Of a stretch of 64,000 bases of DNA, positions 27,995 to 41,026 are shown in pieces; position 1 is the stretch's first letter; every line of letters begins with the position of its first letter. The notes under the pieces were generated by a model, which saw only the letters and a list, made by a program, of their open reading frames with translations, ran no database searches and was not told the origin of the DNA. The position numbers and the translations under genes were made by a program. Origin of the DNA: Blastocladiella emersonii ATCC 22665 (taxonomy: Eukaryota > Fungi > Blastocladiomycota); NCBI GenBank assembly GCA_025594325.1, contig JANHCV010000005.1:372001-436000 (forward strand). Reading direction: 5' to 3'.

Positions 27995-30900
27995 AGTGGT
28001 GCGTCCACGATGGCGGTCACGGTGCTTCATGTGTTTTGGGTTGAGAAGGCGCTCGGCGAGCGATCCGGTGACGCTGGTGCGGAGCCCGCCCCCGATCTAG
28101 CCCTTGTCGACCGCCGCGAGGGCGTTTACGATGCGGATGTCTTCCAGTGCCGCGGAGACGATTGCGCGCGAAGTTCATAACTTTGGCGGCGCCTCCCAGC
28201 TCAGCCGTTAGGCGGTGCGCCACGCTAAAAATCTCGGGCCCTGACAGTATCGATAGCTACAATTTTGCTGAGCAAAGTTTCGAGAGTGTAGAGTAAAAAG
28301 TGGTGGAGATATGAGGGGGTGGGGTGAGGGACACCAGTGTGCCATTGTCGTCTATGGGTTAATTCTATGCGCAATCTGACATATGTTGCCAATAGGAGCT
28401 GGCGGCTGGCCTGGTATGGCCTACAACCTGGTGGTGATGCCGACAGAAAAAGGCAGGAGACAAGTAGTCAGGGATGTCTATTTCCTGCCTTTGGAGCAAA
28501 TGTGCGAGTGTATTGCGTACAGGGAGATCTCAGATACAGGTCAGGTCGCCACCGCCGCGGGTCGCGCGGCATGCGAGTCGGAATCAACGCCCATGCGCGA
28601 CGACGATGCACGACAAGCAGGTACCGGAGCGGACCGCGGACGCCGTCTCCGGTTCGCCGCCCGTGACCGACCGGACAGCACGCGCCTCGTGCTTGACGCG
28701 ATCCGCGGTCAGCTCGCGGCACGATGCCGAGTACAGAAACCGGCCGGGCGAGATGGTGGTCAGAGATCGCTGCTACAAGCAACAAAGGTCCGAGAGCTCA
28801 TGTGAGTCGCGCTGCGCCTCGAGCGGCGTGTGACGAGGGCGTACCGAGTCGTCTTAGGAATCGGCAACCTACAGCTTGCGGATGCTGCGCATCAGTTGTT
28901 GATCCGTCGAGAGGTGGCGGTTCGATGGTGCAGCGAGAGACCAGTGGATCACGAGGGGCTACGAGGAGCAATGTGAGCGAGCATGTCAGTCGCGCACCAA
29001 CTCTTGCGCAGCCACGAGAAGAGTCAAGCGTACCTGCGACTGGGACTTGGCCCACGTGGTGGGCGCGGCCGAACCGCTTGAGCGAGCCTGTCGGCGCTAC
29101 TGGCGCGAGCGTGCAGCGTGAGTGCATGAGACACGCGGTGGTGGTGTGGCGGAGACGGCGTACCGTCGCGAGCGAGGCTGACTTAATGGTCCCAGGTCCA
29201 TGTGTCAGCAAATGTCGAGTCCCTGGTGGCAGACGCGCGCCGGCGGCTACATGGGCACCGCACAGGTGTCAGCACCTTTGACGAGCGCGCACGCGGCTGG
29301 TAGCCCGGTGGGGTCCCCTTGCGCTGCGCCGTGCTGCGCCCGAGGAACGAGCGCGGCGGAGCCCGCGTACGACGGTGCGCACGCGCGGCAGCGACGACAC
29401 CGCTGGTCTCACAGCGCGTCGTCGACGCGCCAGAGCTGAGTGTGAAGGGCACCACACCGGGCGCACCGCCACGGGAGCGCAACACGACGGTCGGCGCGAT
29501 GGGAGCCAAGCGCGCGGCGGCGGGCGCGGCAGCGGGACGCGACGCGTACCTGTTGACGGTCGCCGCGTGGTTGCCGTGCGTCGAGATCGTAGTGTGCTTC
29601 GTTGGCGGACGGGTGATACATTGCAGCGAGTGGTGATGAGCAAGGGAGCGTGGACCGACCGCGGCGCGGCGAAAGAGTCACTCGGCCGCCCGACGCGCGC
29701 TCGCGGCAAAGTCCACGCCAAGCTGTGTCACGTGCGCGTGACCGCACACGTGTTTTCGCGACGCGTCTCGCAGCCCGTCTCGCAACCCGCCGTGCCACGA
29801 CTCTCGCTCAGTTTCGCTAGCCTTGAAACGCGCGGTTAAAAAAAAAAAAAGAAAACGACTAGCTGCACTTGAAAGCAGGACTGCGAGGGGAGGAGGGAGG
29901 AGGGAGGAGGGAGGAACTGGCAGGGCACGGCGCGTTCCGGGTCGTGACGCGGCCGCGCGGTTACCCCCTTTGTTCTCGAGTCGATGAAAGCTTAGATGTT
30001 GGTTAGGCTTTGGAAGCGACGAGACCCTTGTCATGACAGTTCCTGGGGTCGCACCTCGCCGTTCCATTCCGCGCATTCGTGTCCACAGCGAGCGCCCACC
30101 GTTTCCTTCGTAAACAGGGGCCAAGAAGCGAGCCGGGTCTGATAACCGTGTCACAGTCGTACGGACAGACCAAGAGCGAGCTCATGCCTTCGGCTCTCTT
30201 GCCCGCGCGACGACAGGCGAATATTGCTGATGTGGCCGAACTCTGCTGTGTGAGAGCGAGTACCAAGCACATCGCAGCGGCCGGATCGCACCGCAGCTCA
30301 CGCGAGGTTCTCAAGCGAGCCGCAAAGGGCATTCATCGCGTTTTGAGGGAATCTTGCGCCTGAACGAGCTCGCATGCCAAGCGTGAACGGACGCGGCCAA
30401 CGTGACCCTGCGGTGGCGTCGGACGGTGGAGTTCACACGCCTGCCACAGCTCACTCAGTTGCTCCCTCCACCTTCCGGGCATATTTTACGTATGCTGCAG
30501 ATAACACTTGATGTAATGTCTTAAACCCATGGACTTCTCTCAAATTGCGCTTAGTTTATGTCTTCTTGCGCGATTCGAGCGCCGCGCCGAACCCGTAACA
30601 CATGCATCGCCAGCCGCTGACGAGCCGCGCCTGTCGCTCCCAGCGCATCAGAAGTCATGTCCGCGTTTGATTTGACCGCCGGCAGCTTCAGCTAGTTGAT
30701 AGGGCCGCTCGCCAAGTCGGAGACCCGCCCTTGAGTGACGAACAGAATGTCGCCTACTGATCCATGACTCTACCATGAAGCTGGAAACGTTCACTTCGCG
30801 TTTCAACTCTAAAAGCGTCGCGTGGCAGATAGTGAAGCTCGATCACGCGGTGTTACATGTTCTACCAGCGTCAGAGGCAGCTTGAGCATGGCCGTTCCGC

Positions 30901-33717
30901 AACCCTGTGTTCAAGCAAAGGGATAGCACCATTCGCAACTCTCTGAAGTGGCCTTTGATGCGTTCCAGGCGCTCAATCGCACCAACTGGATCGCATGCAC
31001 CTCATTCAAGTCTGGAAAGATTTGCAACGTGCCGGTTCAGCGCCGTGGACGTGCTTCACTGGTTGAGCGACCGTCCCGCGCGCTCTCGCAGAAGCGCTGA
31101 CTTGTGAGCAAGCTAAGTACCAGGGCTCACCAGCTTTACTCGAGGCTGGCAATTGTTGTCCATTCGTGCTAGCGGAAGCGGTCCTTCACTCGCTCGCTCT
31201 CGTCAACTAGTACGAGTTAAACCAGCATGCGATCACGTTCAGACAGATGTTGGAGAACTCCGAACTCTTCTTGGCCGCTTGGCTTGCCGCGCCGGTAGGC
31301 GTCCATCTAAAAAGCTCGATCCGCAAGCGCAATCCGCAACAGCATGCGTACCGCAAACCCCTTCAGGCGAACACACGTTTCGCCCTCTGTAAACTGCAAT
31401 CCCAGCCAGGAAACCAAGTTTATCTACCGAGGTAGAGGTAGTTGACCAGTTTGCCGCCAGGAGAAAGCCTGTTTACCCTCTGGATTGGATGATGTACTCG
31501 ATTCGCGACCCCATGAATTCAAACAGTGTCTATCGTTTCCGTGCTCCTCTGAGCGCTGTGTATATTTCCGCGAGTCACATCCTTCACTCCGTTGCGCAGG
31601 AACGACTTTCGAGGTTAGCTTCTCGAATCAACCCCGGCGGTGTGTTAGCGTTGAGAATCCGATCGCCATTTTTTTCTCGACACCCGGCTTCCAACCACCC
31701 CAAAGCTTAATTAGCTCTTTTGTAGCTCCCACCACGATCAGTTCATCACCGTCAAGAACAGCGCAATCGACTGAGCCGTTGTGGTGAAGAGTCCAACTTT
31801 CTCCAAGGGCAACTCTGACCACCGCGACCACCAGCGAAAAATCCCCCTGACCTCCCCCATCACACTCAGGTATTGCATTGACCGGAAATCTTTGTTTGCG
31901 ATTTCGACCCTCGCCCGACCCGGCCCAAGAATTGAGTGCAAATTTGCAGCTGGCCGCACAATTTGTGATCCGCGATTTCCGATGGTGGGAACCGTGAGCT
32001 TGCACGGGATCCAGCGAGACACGCGTTTTGAATTTGGCGCTGCAATTTGCGTGCGGACCATGACATTGACATGCATAAATCATGATCGCTGACTGCCCCT
32101 CATCAAAATACCTGAATAAATCATGATCGCCGAGTTCCCAAGCAACTCACTATTTTACCATCCTCATTTTGGTATGTACAGGCAATCAGAATTGAGGTAC
32201 TCGGGCACATTTAAGAGGCAACTAACTAGTGAGCGGAGAGGACACCCTCAACTTAGCTTGCTGGGCTACTGCGCTGAGTAAATTTGGCTTTGAAAATTCG
32301 GAGCAATACGTTAAACAACACGAAATGTTGAGTCCTCGCTCTCTCATGCTGTGTCGACGACTAAACAGTGGTGGGTTTTTTCGTGGTTTCCAAGCCGTGG
32401 GCAAAATTGACACTTTGGGACGCGGTTGTAGGATTCGCGCGTAATTGTAGGACCACTCTTTTTCGTATCCCTGACGGCGCAAAGATAAATAGAAATTTTG
32501 CAGGCTTGGTGAGAATTGCTCAGCAAAACCCTCCCTGCAAGGCAGCTATTTCTTTAGATGTGTAAGGGTTAGTTGGAGTTTGAATTTGACTTGTCGAGTT
32601 GTATTGGCATGTCCCGGACATTTTTGCTTTCGGATTGAAACGGGTGCGATGAAGAACTTGAAAACTCGTTAGTTTACTCGTGAATACTCTGATGAATTCG
32701 AGTGTTGGGAATATGGTAAATTGACGAGTAAATTGCCCGGTGCATACGAGGAGCATCCACCTTTTTTTTTTTCATTGCGCTGGTGATCAAAATTTCTGAC
32801 GTCCGCTGTGAGGCTATGAAGGGAGCAGCAGCCCTTCACTTAGCATCTTGAACTGCGCAACTCAACGAAACTGTCGTGCAGGGCCTGGAGCAAAGGCTCA
32901 GGGCAACTAGAAATTCGAACCAGCAACTTCGTCTCATTTCAGCGGCCCAACCACTCCCGTTGTCTTTTTGAGGTCACGGAGGAGGTGGGTCTGAAATTGG
33001 CCGTTTGGACTTGGCAACATGGTTCGCGCGTAGATGTGGGGACCACCCTTTCCTCTGCCCGATACGGCAGGGGAATTGAGTTTAGCTATTGCTTTACGGT
33101 GCGGATGGTTTGGATATCTCTCATGGCCAGCTCGAGTAATTTCGGGGAGTCAAGGTCAGTAAACGCTTGAATTTGACTGCAGTCAAAATTCGTGGGGATG
33201 GGCCTAAACATTTTGTGTTGGCTCGAAGATGGTACGGTTACAACGTAAAAACTCATTATATTACTCGTGGATACTCTGAGAAATTTTACCGTGGCAAGTA
33301 CGGTGGAAAGACGAGCGAATCGTTAAGTGCATATTTGGAGGGTCGAATTTCGCGGTGCCGATTTCTCGGGATCCAGCCGTTGGAATTGGCTCTCCTTTAC
33401 AGAACATGATGACTGGGTCCACGACAGCATGTGAGAATTTTCGTGCGCCGTTTGAAGCAATTTTCAGCGGTTCGGGTAATTTATCCGAGCTCTGCGTCGC
33501 AAAAGTATATATTAGACCGTAGCGCGATAAAGTTATGACACTAAATTCGATCGACAACGTGTCCGAGAGAACAAAATTAATATTGGGAGCTCATCGAACT
33601 GTGAAGGAGGGACGACAGTATGCGGACACACGCGCTAGACGCGTACGAGCAACCAAGCGCCGCTCTGGCTAACCGTCAGGCCGGCCGTCGCGGGGTGTGG
33701 CTGTGCAGAACTTCAAC

Positions 33718-35013
33718 CTAGAGCGCCTTGGCGCTCTGGGTCCCAACCGTCACGGTCGCGCTCCCGACACCATCTTGGCGGTTGGGGGTGGTTGGTGGGT
33801 GGGCCGGCGCAGGGGCCGCCGGCGACGTGGCGAGGTGCACCACAGCTGGCAATCCGGCAGCGGCGGCGTGGGCAGCAGCTGCAGGGGGCAGCAGCGACAG
33901 GTAGGGGGCCGGTGGTGGCGGGCCAGCGCGCGCATACGTGGACGCAGGCAAGGGCGAGGGTGTCGACAGCTTGACGGCGGCCAGCAAGTAGGCGGGGGTG
34001 CGCGAGGATGAGGGCTCCGACAGCCACGCCAGCAGCGACGATGATGACGGTGATGAGGCGGCGCGCTGGGCGGACGCCAACGGCGATGGCGAGGAGGGCC
34101 CATAGATGGCGTTGATCATGAAGGTCCGGTCCATCTTGCCGAAGCCCATGTCCTCGAGCTTCTTGGTCTTGGCCTTGAGCATGGCCGCCTCGGCAGCTGC
34201 CCCAGCAGCAATCTTCTTGGCGAGCTTGGCGTGTGTGGCGGCGCGCGCGCTGCACATGTTGGCGAGGGTGCAGGCCTGGCCATCAAACTGGCCCCCGCAG
34301 TCGGCGCAGTCGAGCTGGGCCCCCAGGGCCTGGTAGTCGTCCATGGGCGCGTCTGAGTCGTAGTCGTCCTCAGCGTCGGACGAGTCGCTGTCGGACGGCA
34401 CGTAGTCATTGTCGTTGTCCATGAGGTCCTCGTCGCCAAGGGGCCCGTACCCGTGGATGAGGACGTTGTGGAACACGGTCGCCACGTTGGCCTGGATGTC
34501 CTTGAACTCCTGCTCCACCTCGGGCGCGATCGAGATGCGGCCGTCCTCCACGCCCGCTGCGAGCGCGTTGAACATGCGCCGGATGTTGCGGCCAAACTCC
34601 TCGGACGCGCTGGCGGCGCCTGCCGCGCGCTCGTTGGCGAGGTCGATCTGGTCCACGAGCTTGGTGACCCGCGCCTTCTGGGCCTTGATGGTGGCGGCGG
34701 CGTCTGCAGCTGCGGAGGCAGCAGCCCTGGCGTCAGCGGCGCCTGCGCGGCGCTTGCCCTTGCGCAGCGTGAGCTCGGCGGCCTTCTCCTCCTTGGCGAG
34801 CTTGTGGTTGGTGGCGGCGAGGGCCTCGGCCTCGGACTTGGCGCGCTCGGCGCGCGAGCGGGCAGCAGCGGCGTGCAACGCCTCGGTCTTGGCCTCGGCA
34901 GCGGCCTGGCGCGCGGCGGCCTCGGCGGCGGCGGCGTTGGCGACCTGGACGCGCGCGTGCGCCTCGGCCTCCTGCGCAGCAGCCTCGGCGGCGCGCGCGC
35001 GGTCCCGGACAAC
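33718..35013 (-). CDS. Mirror copy of the post-amber continuation of ORF1
   Basis: The ORF-track translation (33718-34878) is identical to 17704-18864. Confidence 0.55.
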   Translation of the reverse strand, partial: VVRDRARAAEAAAQEAEAHARVQVANAAAAEAAARQAAAEAKTEALHAAAARSRAERAKSEAEALAATNHKLAKEEKAAELTLRKGKRRAGAADARAAASAAADAAATIKAQKARVTKLVDQIDLANERAAGAASASEEFGRNIRRMFNALAAGVEDGRISIAPEVEQEFKDIQANVATVFHNVLIHGYGPLGDEDLMDNDNDYVPSDSDSSDAEDDYDSDAPMDDYQALGAQLDCADCGGQFDGQACTLANMCSARAATHAKLAKKIAAGAAAEAAMLKAKTKKLEDMGFGKMDRTFMINAIYGPSSPSPLASAQRAASSPSSSSLLAWLSEPSSSRTPAYLLAAVKLSTPSPLPASTYARAGPPPPAPYLSLLPPAAAAHAAAAGLPAVVHLATSPAAPAPAHPPTTPNRQDGVGSATVTVGTQSAKAL

Positions 35014-37047
35014 CTAGGCGGCAGCTGCTGCGATCCCAGCGAGCGCCGCGGCGGCCTCGCCGTCGCTGGCGCTGCCTGCGGGCGGCGCGGGCGACGCGGC
35101 GGTGGCGGACGACAACGCAGCAGCAGCCTCGTCGGTGCTGGGTGCTGTTGCAGTCACGCCCTCCATGGACTCGGCGCCGTCCGCGCCCTCGGCGGCAGCA
35201 GCCGTAGCAGCGGCGGCAGCACGTACCGCGTCAATCGCGTCCTTGGCGGCGGCGTGGGCCGCGGTGCGCTGGGCAATGGCCTTGGCGGCGGCGCGCTCGG
35301 CTGTGGCGAGGTTGATGATGGTGGACGCAAGCTTGGACGCAGCGGCCGCTTCCGCCAAGACCGCACCCACCTGGCACGCGAGGGTCTGGAACAGGGCCTT
35401 GGCCTCGGCAGAGGCAGGGCCATCAGGGAGGCAGCCATACCGGCGGCCGAACGCGGCGAGCGGGCCCTCCTTGCGCGCAGCGGCCGCGGCGAGGTTGAGC
35501 GTCATGGGGAGCGTGGCCTTGGCGAGCGACGACGCGAGCGAGACGGCGGCGCTGGCGGCGCGCGCGGGCGCGGGCGTGGGCGCGGGCGAGGAGGAGGTGA
35601 CGACCTTGGACCAGGACAAACCTGGACTGGCGCGACCTGCGGGCAATACGGTCGCCAACGGCGTGACGACCATGCTGTCGCGCTGGCGCTTGCGCGACGA
35701 CGTGGACGTGTTGCTGGCGTTGGAGGGTCGCGACGACGGCGGCAACGGCTTGGGCTTGCGCGTGGAGCGGCGGACCGGGTTGGCGGGGTTCTCGGCGTCG
35801 CACGACGTGGACCAGTGCGCGTCGGACCCGCAGCAGTGGCAGCACCGCTCGCCGTCCTTGCGCAGGAAGACGGACGTGCCCTTCATGGGGAGGACGCCCA
35901 TTCTGAGACCGTCCTGGACGTCCTTGGGCAGCGGCATGCGGACGCACGCGGTGCGCGTCAGGCGCTCCTCGCCCGAGCGAAGCGCGCGGCGCACGCGCAC
36001 GCCGTGCAGCTTGACGCCCATGCTTTCAAAGTAGTCGTACAGCACGCCCTCGGTGGTGCCGGCGGGCAGGCCGTGGAGCCAGAGCGAGTTGGGCACCGTG
36101 TACCCGCGGCGGTCCTTTTGCACGACCGTGGCGTCAAACGAGATGGCGCAGTTGTTGATGACAGAGCAGCGGACGTTGTGGATGAGCGAGAGCGCGTCGT
36201 GGCGGGGCAGGAGGAGCGACGCGGTGCGGGTGCGACTGGGGTCGGGCTTGTCGAGGGAGAGGAGCGCAGCGCGCGTCTCGCTGCCGATCGCGTACTGGAC
36301 CAGCAGCGACATGAGCAGCTCGCCTGACCACGCGTCGGGGACGTTGGAGACGATGACCTTGGCATACATGTGGCTGACGCGGTTCTCGGTCGCGTCGCGC
36401 GGGACCAGGTCCTCGCCGACCCTGCCGCCGGTGGTGGTGCACTTGGTGCCAGGGCCAATGGGCAGCCCGCCGCGCATGACCCACTGCGCGGACGCAAGCT
36501 TGCGGAAGCGGGCGTGGACGTAGTTGCCGTCGGTCCAGTGCACGGTGCGGACCGAGCGGATGCCCTTGCGCAGGCCCATGTGCGAGAGCTTGTCCGTGAT
36601 GAGCTCCTTGACGGTGAGGGACGGCTGGCACAGCTCCTTGGCGGGGGTGCCGGCGGGGCGGACGTCAGCGACGCGGAACGCAAGCGTGTAGTGCTCCGAG
36701 GCGGGGAACGGGCCTTGCGCATGGACGAGTTGATGCGCCGCGGGCGGGTACTCTTCGTTGTAGAAGCCCTCAGCGGGCGAGGGGGGCGAGGGGGAGAGGG
36801 CACCGTGGAGGGTGGCGTTGGGCTGCGCACCAGCCGCAGCAGCGGCTGTGGCGTTGGTTGTTGATGCTGAGGGCGAGGTGGTCGATACATCCTCGTCCAT
36901 GGGAGCCGGCGACGACGACGACAGCGACGACGACGAGGACGACGTCGCTGTGGTGGCGGCCAGGTCAGGGGGCGCAGGGGTGGGAGCGGCGGGGCCGCCG
37001 TCGCGAGCCGCGACGACGACGCCACCACCACCACTTGACGCCTCCAT
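35014..37047 (-). CDS. Mirror copy of the Gag/ORF1p-like protein
   Basis: Translation identical to the left copy, including the TAG. Confidence 0.72.
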   Translation of the reverse strand: MEASSGGGGVVVAARDGGPAAPTPAPPDLAATTATSSSSSSLSSSSPAPMDEDVSTTSPSASTTNATAAAAAGAQPNATLHGALSPSPPSPAEGFYNEEYPPAAHQLVHAQGPFPASEHYTLAFRVADVRPAGTPAKELCQPSLTVKELITDKLSHMGLRKGIRSVRTVHWTDGNYVHARFRKLASAQWVMRGGLPIGPGTKCTTTGGRVGEDLVPRDATENRVSHMYAKVIVSNVPDAWSGELLMSLLVQYAIGSETRAALLSLDKPDPSRTRTASLLLPRHDALSLIHNVRCSVINNCAISFDATVVQKDRRGYTVPNSLWLHGLPAGTTEGVLYDYFESMGVKLHGVRVRRALRSGEERLTRTACVRMPLPKDVQDGLRMGVLPMKGTSVFLRKDGERCCHCCGSDAHWSTSCDAENPANPVRRSTRKPKPLPPSSRPSNASNTSTSSRKRQRDSMVVTPLATVLPAGRASPGLSWSKVVTSSSPAPTPAPARAASAAVSLASSLAKATLPMTLNLAAAAARKEGPLAAFGRRYGCLPDGPASAEAKALFQTLACQVGAVLAEAAAASKLASTIINLATAERAAAKAIAQRTAAHAAAKDAIDAVRAAAAATAAAAEGADGAESMEGVTATAPSTDEAAAALSSATAASPAPPAGSASDGEAAAALAGIAAAAA

Positions 37048-37152
37048 CTCGAGATTTTTGGAGGGGTGTTGATGCGTTGCGTAGATTACGTTGCAGGGAG
37101 TGGTGAGAAAGACCAAAGGTGGTATGAGGTCAGCCAGCGGGATGGCGACTTC

Positions 37153-37234
37153 GACAACGTGTCCGAGTGGTTAAGGAGACCGCCTACTAAGCGGTTACGC
37201 TATGCGTGCGCAGGTTCGAACCCTGCCGTTGTCG
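37153..37234 (+). tRNA. tRNA-Ser, anticodon ACT (mirror copy)
   Basis: Same 82-nt cloverleaf; anticodon ACT at 37186-37188. Confidence 0.92.
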
Positions 37235-37245
37235 TTTTCTTTTTT
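37235..37245 (+). terminator. Pol III terminator (TTTTCTTTTTT)
   Basis: Oligo-T directly after tRNA G73. Confidence 0.7.
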
Positions 37246-39994
37246 CGTGCCTGCCCCGCGGTCGCGGGGCCTTCCTTTTTGTCCCTATTGCGGTCTTATA
37301 CAGTCTATCGTACACCTAATACATATCTCACATCGTGATCCGCAGTATTTGAAGTCGTATCGCGCCTCCCAGGACAGCGTGCAGTTGCTGACGCTCGCTG
37401 CACCTGCTGATCAAGGTACTCCCAGTGTTGACAACAGGCACTAGGACCGGGGCAATTGCGTTCAATGACGGCACAGTAACCTCCAGCGAGTAATCGCGAG
37501 CTTATTCTGGCAACGGCGGCCACTCCAAGTGTGTGAGCCCATCTGGTGTTGACTTACGCAACTTGCACTGGTCAGAAATCATTATCCCCCGATTGAATAT
37601 AATTGACTTTAGGAGGGGTTTCACATCTGAAAACGGGATCATGAGCTCCATTGCGAAACGGCTGTCAAGCGTGGTTGCACGCTGCCCAGCTAGTGGTTCA
37701 CTGCGCTGCAAAGATCGAGCTCCAAGCGGCGTCCAGAGCGAGAAAGTCGGTCTCTTGGGTTGATATGCGCGTCGGTCCAGTTTGTGCCCTCACCGTTCGG
37801 CTGGAAGGTCAACAGAAGCGCGGTCGGACAGTGGGCTTGTGCTTCCGTGGTTGTGTGGCGCGCTGCAGCTGAAACAGCCCGTCACAACGATCCATGTTGA
37901 AGACTAAAGCTCTCAATTTTAGGACGCTTCGCGGCGGGAGTAGGGCGATGAACGCATGAGAGCGCGATCCATGTAAGTAACTTGGACAAAACGCATGGCA
38001 AACGCGTCGTTTGCCATCTATCCGCTGTGGCGCAACGCGTCTTGGCAGGGCGCGTGACCTGCTTTGCCACAACCCACGGAAGCGCGACGCCCAACGACGC
38101 GGGTCATTGAAACTTGAGCGGAGCACGTTGCACCGAACCTCAACCAGGCTCACGAGATTCCAAGTACGTGGGACGCGTGAGATCTGCAAAATGGGCAGCA
38201 ACTCGCCAACGGAGCTGGTGCTTGGCGTGCGTGCTGCGACGACGCAGTCCATCTGGGGGCGGCTAGTAAATATGCGCTCGTTGATGGAAATGGCGCTCAC
38301 ACCAGCTGAGCGAATTGGGATTTGTCGTGGGCGGTGAAATGGCCGCACAAGATCCGCTGCAGGTCTGATTTGCCATTGTAGCCGCGCGAAGAAAAAAACC
38401 TTTAATCGAAGAAAGTGCAACAGCTTCTTGCTCAGCAAGCCTGTCAGCCTTTGTGTTGGCCTAGGTTTTGGCAACGGCACAATGCTTTTCACAGGTGGCA
38501 CGGACGGATCCCGTAGGGTCGGGATGGCCCACCAGGGCAGAACAAACGCGCTCGAGCAGTCGTGCTGCGCTGAAGCGTGCCCCGCAGAGTGCATACGAGC
38601 ATCTTGGTTGTCGGGTTGTTGAGAAATTCCTTGTTTTTGCTGTCAAGCGCGAGATTCCCGGACGGGATGCGGACCGCGAGCTCGAGAGCTCCGCCTGAGC
38701 AGTACTTCCCACCACATGTCACTGCTGGCGAACCTGTGCTGCGGAGCGATCCGTCAGTGGTAACTGTCCACTTCAGAATGACGTACATGTCCCTGGCAAG
38801 CTCAGTTGAAAAAAAAAAAAAATAGATTACACACGAAACCAGCGGGCTCCAGCACCGGCGTCCCATCAATTGCACGCGAACGCAGCGCGTTTGGTTAGCA
38901 AGCGCAAAAGAACCTGCTATTTCCTGACTCGCGGGTGCGGCCAAGTGAAAGCGCGGATCCGTGATCGTGCCACTGATCCGGAGCGCGTGCCCACCGCTGC
39001 CTCCGTTTCGTTGGACCAGCCGAGAAAGTTGCTCCTTCCCTCTCTCGTTTGGCCCTGCTCCGCGGATATAAAGAGAGTTCTCAACCGTCACGGCCTCGTG
39101 AGACCTGTTCAACTCTATGGTATCAATGATATGCACTCCTGTGCCTCGCGTTCCCCCTGGAACGCCACGCAAACCGCATGAATTGCGAAACGACCAGCTG
39201 TGCTTATTCATGCATGTTGTTTGCAACTGGCGCTTGGAGCATGAGCTACGGAGTTAGTGCGACCAGCGGGAAAAAACCTTGGAGCACGCTGTGCTCTGCA
39301 TGTACTCACTCATTGCGGATTGAGCCTTCTGGGGAGAAAATGCGCGAAGGAAAGTTGATTGATTCACCAGCGATGTAGTACAGGCTCGGCGGAAACTCTC
39401 GTTGACGAGACCACGCACTCGATCCGCATCTCTGGCTCTGCCTCGCGCGGCGAGCCTCAAAGCGACTTGGAACGGAGCACGCTGTGGCATGCCCGCCCGC
39501 GTAAACAAACCTTTCTCCTCGGGTTCACTTTCACCAGAACGCAACCGTTGGACGCGGGGCTCGTGCACTTACCCATGTCGCTTGTTGGCACACCTTGAGC
39601 GAGGCAAGCGTGTTTACTGATGTCGCAGCCTGCGTCAGCGGAGCGGGGAGCAAACATATCGTCCTTGACCCACTTGCGAAACCCGTCTTACAACCACCTC
39701 TTTCATGACGGTGCTCGCGCCCGTGTGCAACCAACGACCAACCGCTTCAGATGAGCTGATTTTCGTTTGGCCGGAACCGTCGTCGACTCGACTTGACTCG
39801 ACTTGGACGCGTCGCGATATCACGTACGCATGTCTCACGCGTGTGTGGCTGGCCGTCTCGCACCGCAGTGCCTTGAGGGAGACGGCGCTCACAGTACACA
39901 GCCCCGCAAAGATAGAGTGGCGAGAACAGGATGGCCCAGGACGTCCGACTTTGGGTTCCAATCCATGACTGGGGGAGCGGGCCGGCGTGGTCGA

Positions 39995-40077
39995 ATTATA
40001 CTTGAGCCACCTCGACGCTTCGCGTCTGGTTTTCAATCGAGGGCTAAAGCCCGCGCCACGTTGGGCGCTTGCGCCGT
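39995..40077 (+). repeat. 83-bp dispersed element head (right-arm copy)
   Basis: 81/83 match to 27766-27848, same orientation. Confidence 0.85.
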
Positions 40078-40711
40078 GCGAGAGCGCGTTCGCTTGAATT
40101 GCGTGTAAGCGTTCGCTTGAATTTCGTGTAAGCGCCCGTTGAACGAGTCCTCAACATCGCCGCTACGGCAGTAATTTTGGCAAGGGTATGAGAGCGGCGC
40201 GTTGCAGCATAGCGCGCCGCAGCATAGCGCGTATCAAGTGCTGCGCGGTGCGCGCGCTTCAGCGGATGGCGGTGCGGCTGGTCGATTGCGTTGAGTTGCG
40301 GCAGGGCACCGACTTGAGTCACGGGCGCGGCGTCAGCAATCGCGCGCGTTGCAGCGCGGGCGCCAAGCATGCTCCTGCGCGGCGCTCAAGGCGATGGCCG
40401 TCGCGGAGGGGAGAGCGAGACGCGGGTCAATGAGCTCGCGCAGGTGGTTGTACATCCGCTTGAACCATGCGGCGAGCGGCGCGTCCACGACAGAGACCGC
40501 GGTGCATTTGATACGGTTTGAGCCTCCAAGCTGCTCGGCGAACGAACCGGTGATGCTGGTGGAGTCAGGGCGAGCAGGGAGACGTGCCGCACGCTGTGTG
40601 CAGGCGGCGGGGAGCGCGCCCCGGGTTTGAGTTGAGGTCCCAGCCGCACCAGCGCACCGTGAAGGGTGTGTCCGGGTCCGCGCGGACGGCGGCCACGACT
40701 CCCAGTGGCAG

Positions 40712-41026
40712 ATGCGCGGCAGCGCCCTCGTTGGCGAGCACGTCGGCGTTCTGGTGCCTGAGTTCCCGGCGTGGCTGTGGACCCACTCAAAGTTGACCTG
40801 GAACTCGTGGGTCGCGATGATCCAGCGGAGCACTGCCCATTCGAGCGAGCACGTTGCGCGGACTCGCATTCTTGGGGAGGAGGGCAAGAGCAACTTGGAG
40901 GCCGAGCCGACAACGCCTTTATCGTTAAGTCGATTCGACAACGCCATTATCGTTAAGCATGAGGGTGAGCTTTTCGCCGCGGCGAGCGGACGCGGCGGCG
41001 GCGAAGGCGCCCCACAGTTCGGAGAG
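40712..41026 (-). pseudogene. Mirror copy of the RNase H relic
   Basis: Mirror of 11556-11870. Confidence 0.6.

Larger units (their letters stand above)
24418..28164. other. Unique 3,747-bp spacer between the inverted arms
   Basis: Mirror identity ends at 24417/28165; the sequence between is not self-complementary. Confidence 0.93.
33551..37167 (-). mobile_element. Mirror copy of the tRNA-targeted ORF1-only element
   Basis: TCGACAACGTGTCCGAG at 33551-33567 and 37151-37167 brackets the mirrored ORFs. Confidence 0.75.

Noticed and set aside
27604-28044. ORFs reading (AKLRR)n, (DAQSC)n or (VAALR)n as pentapeptide-repeat proteins
   Set aside because: All frames of the 15-bp minisatellite are open by construction. 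The ORFs are short and lack ATG context, and related 15-mers in the arms do not keep the same peptide. AKLRR only loosely resembles the A-[DN]-L-x-x consensus.
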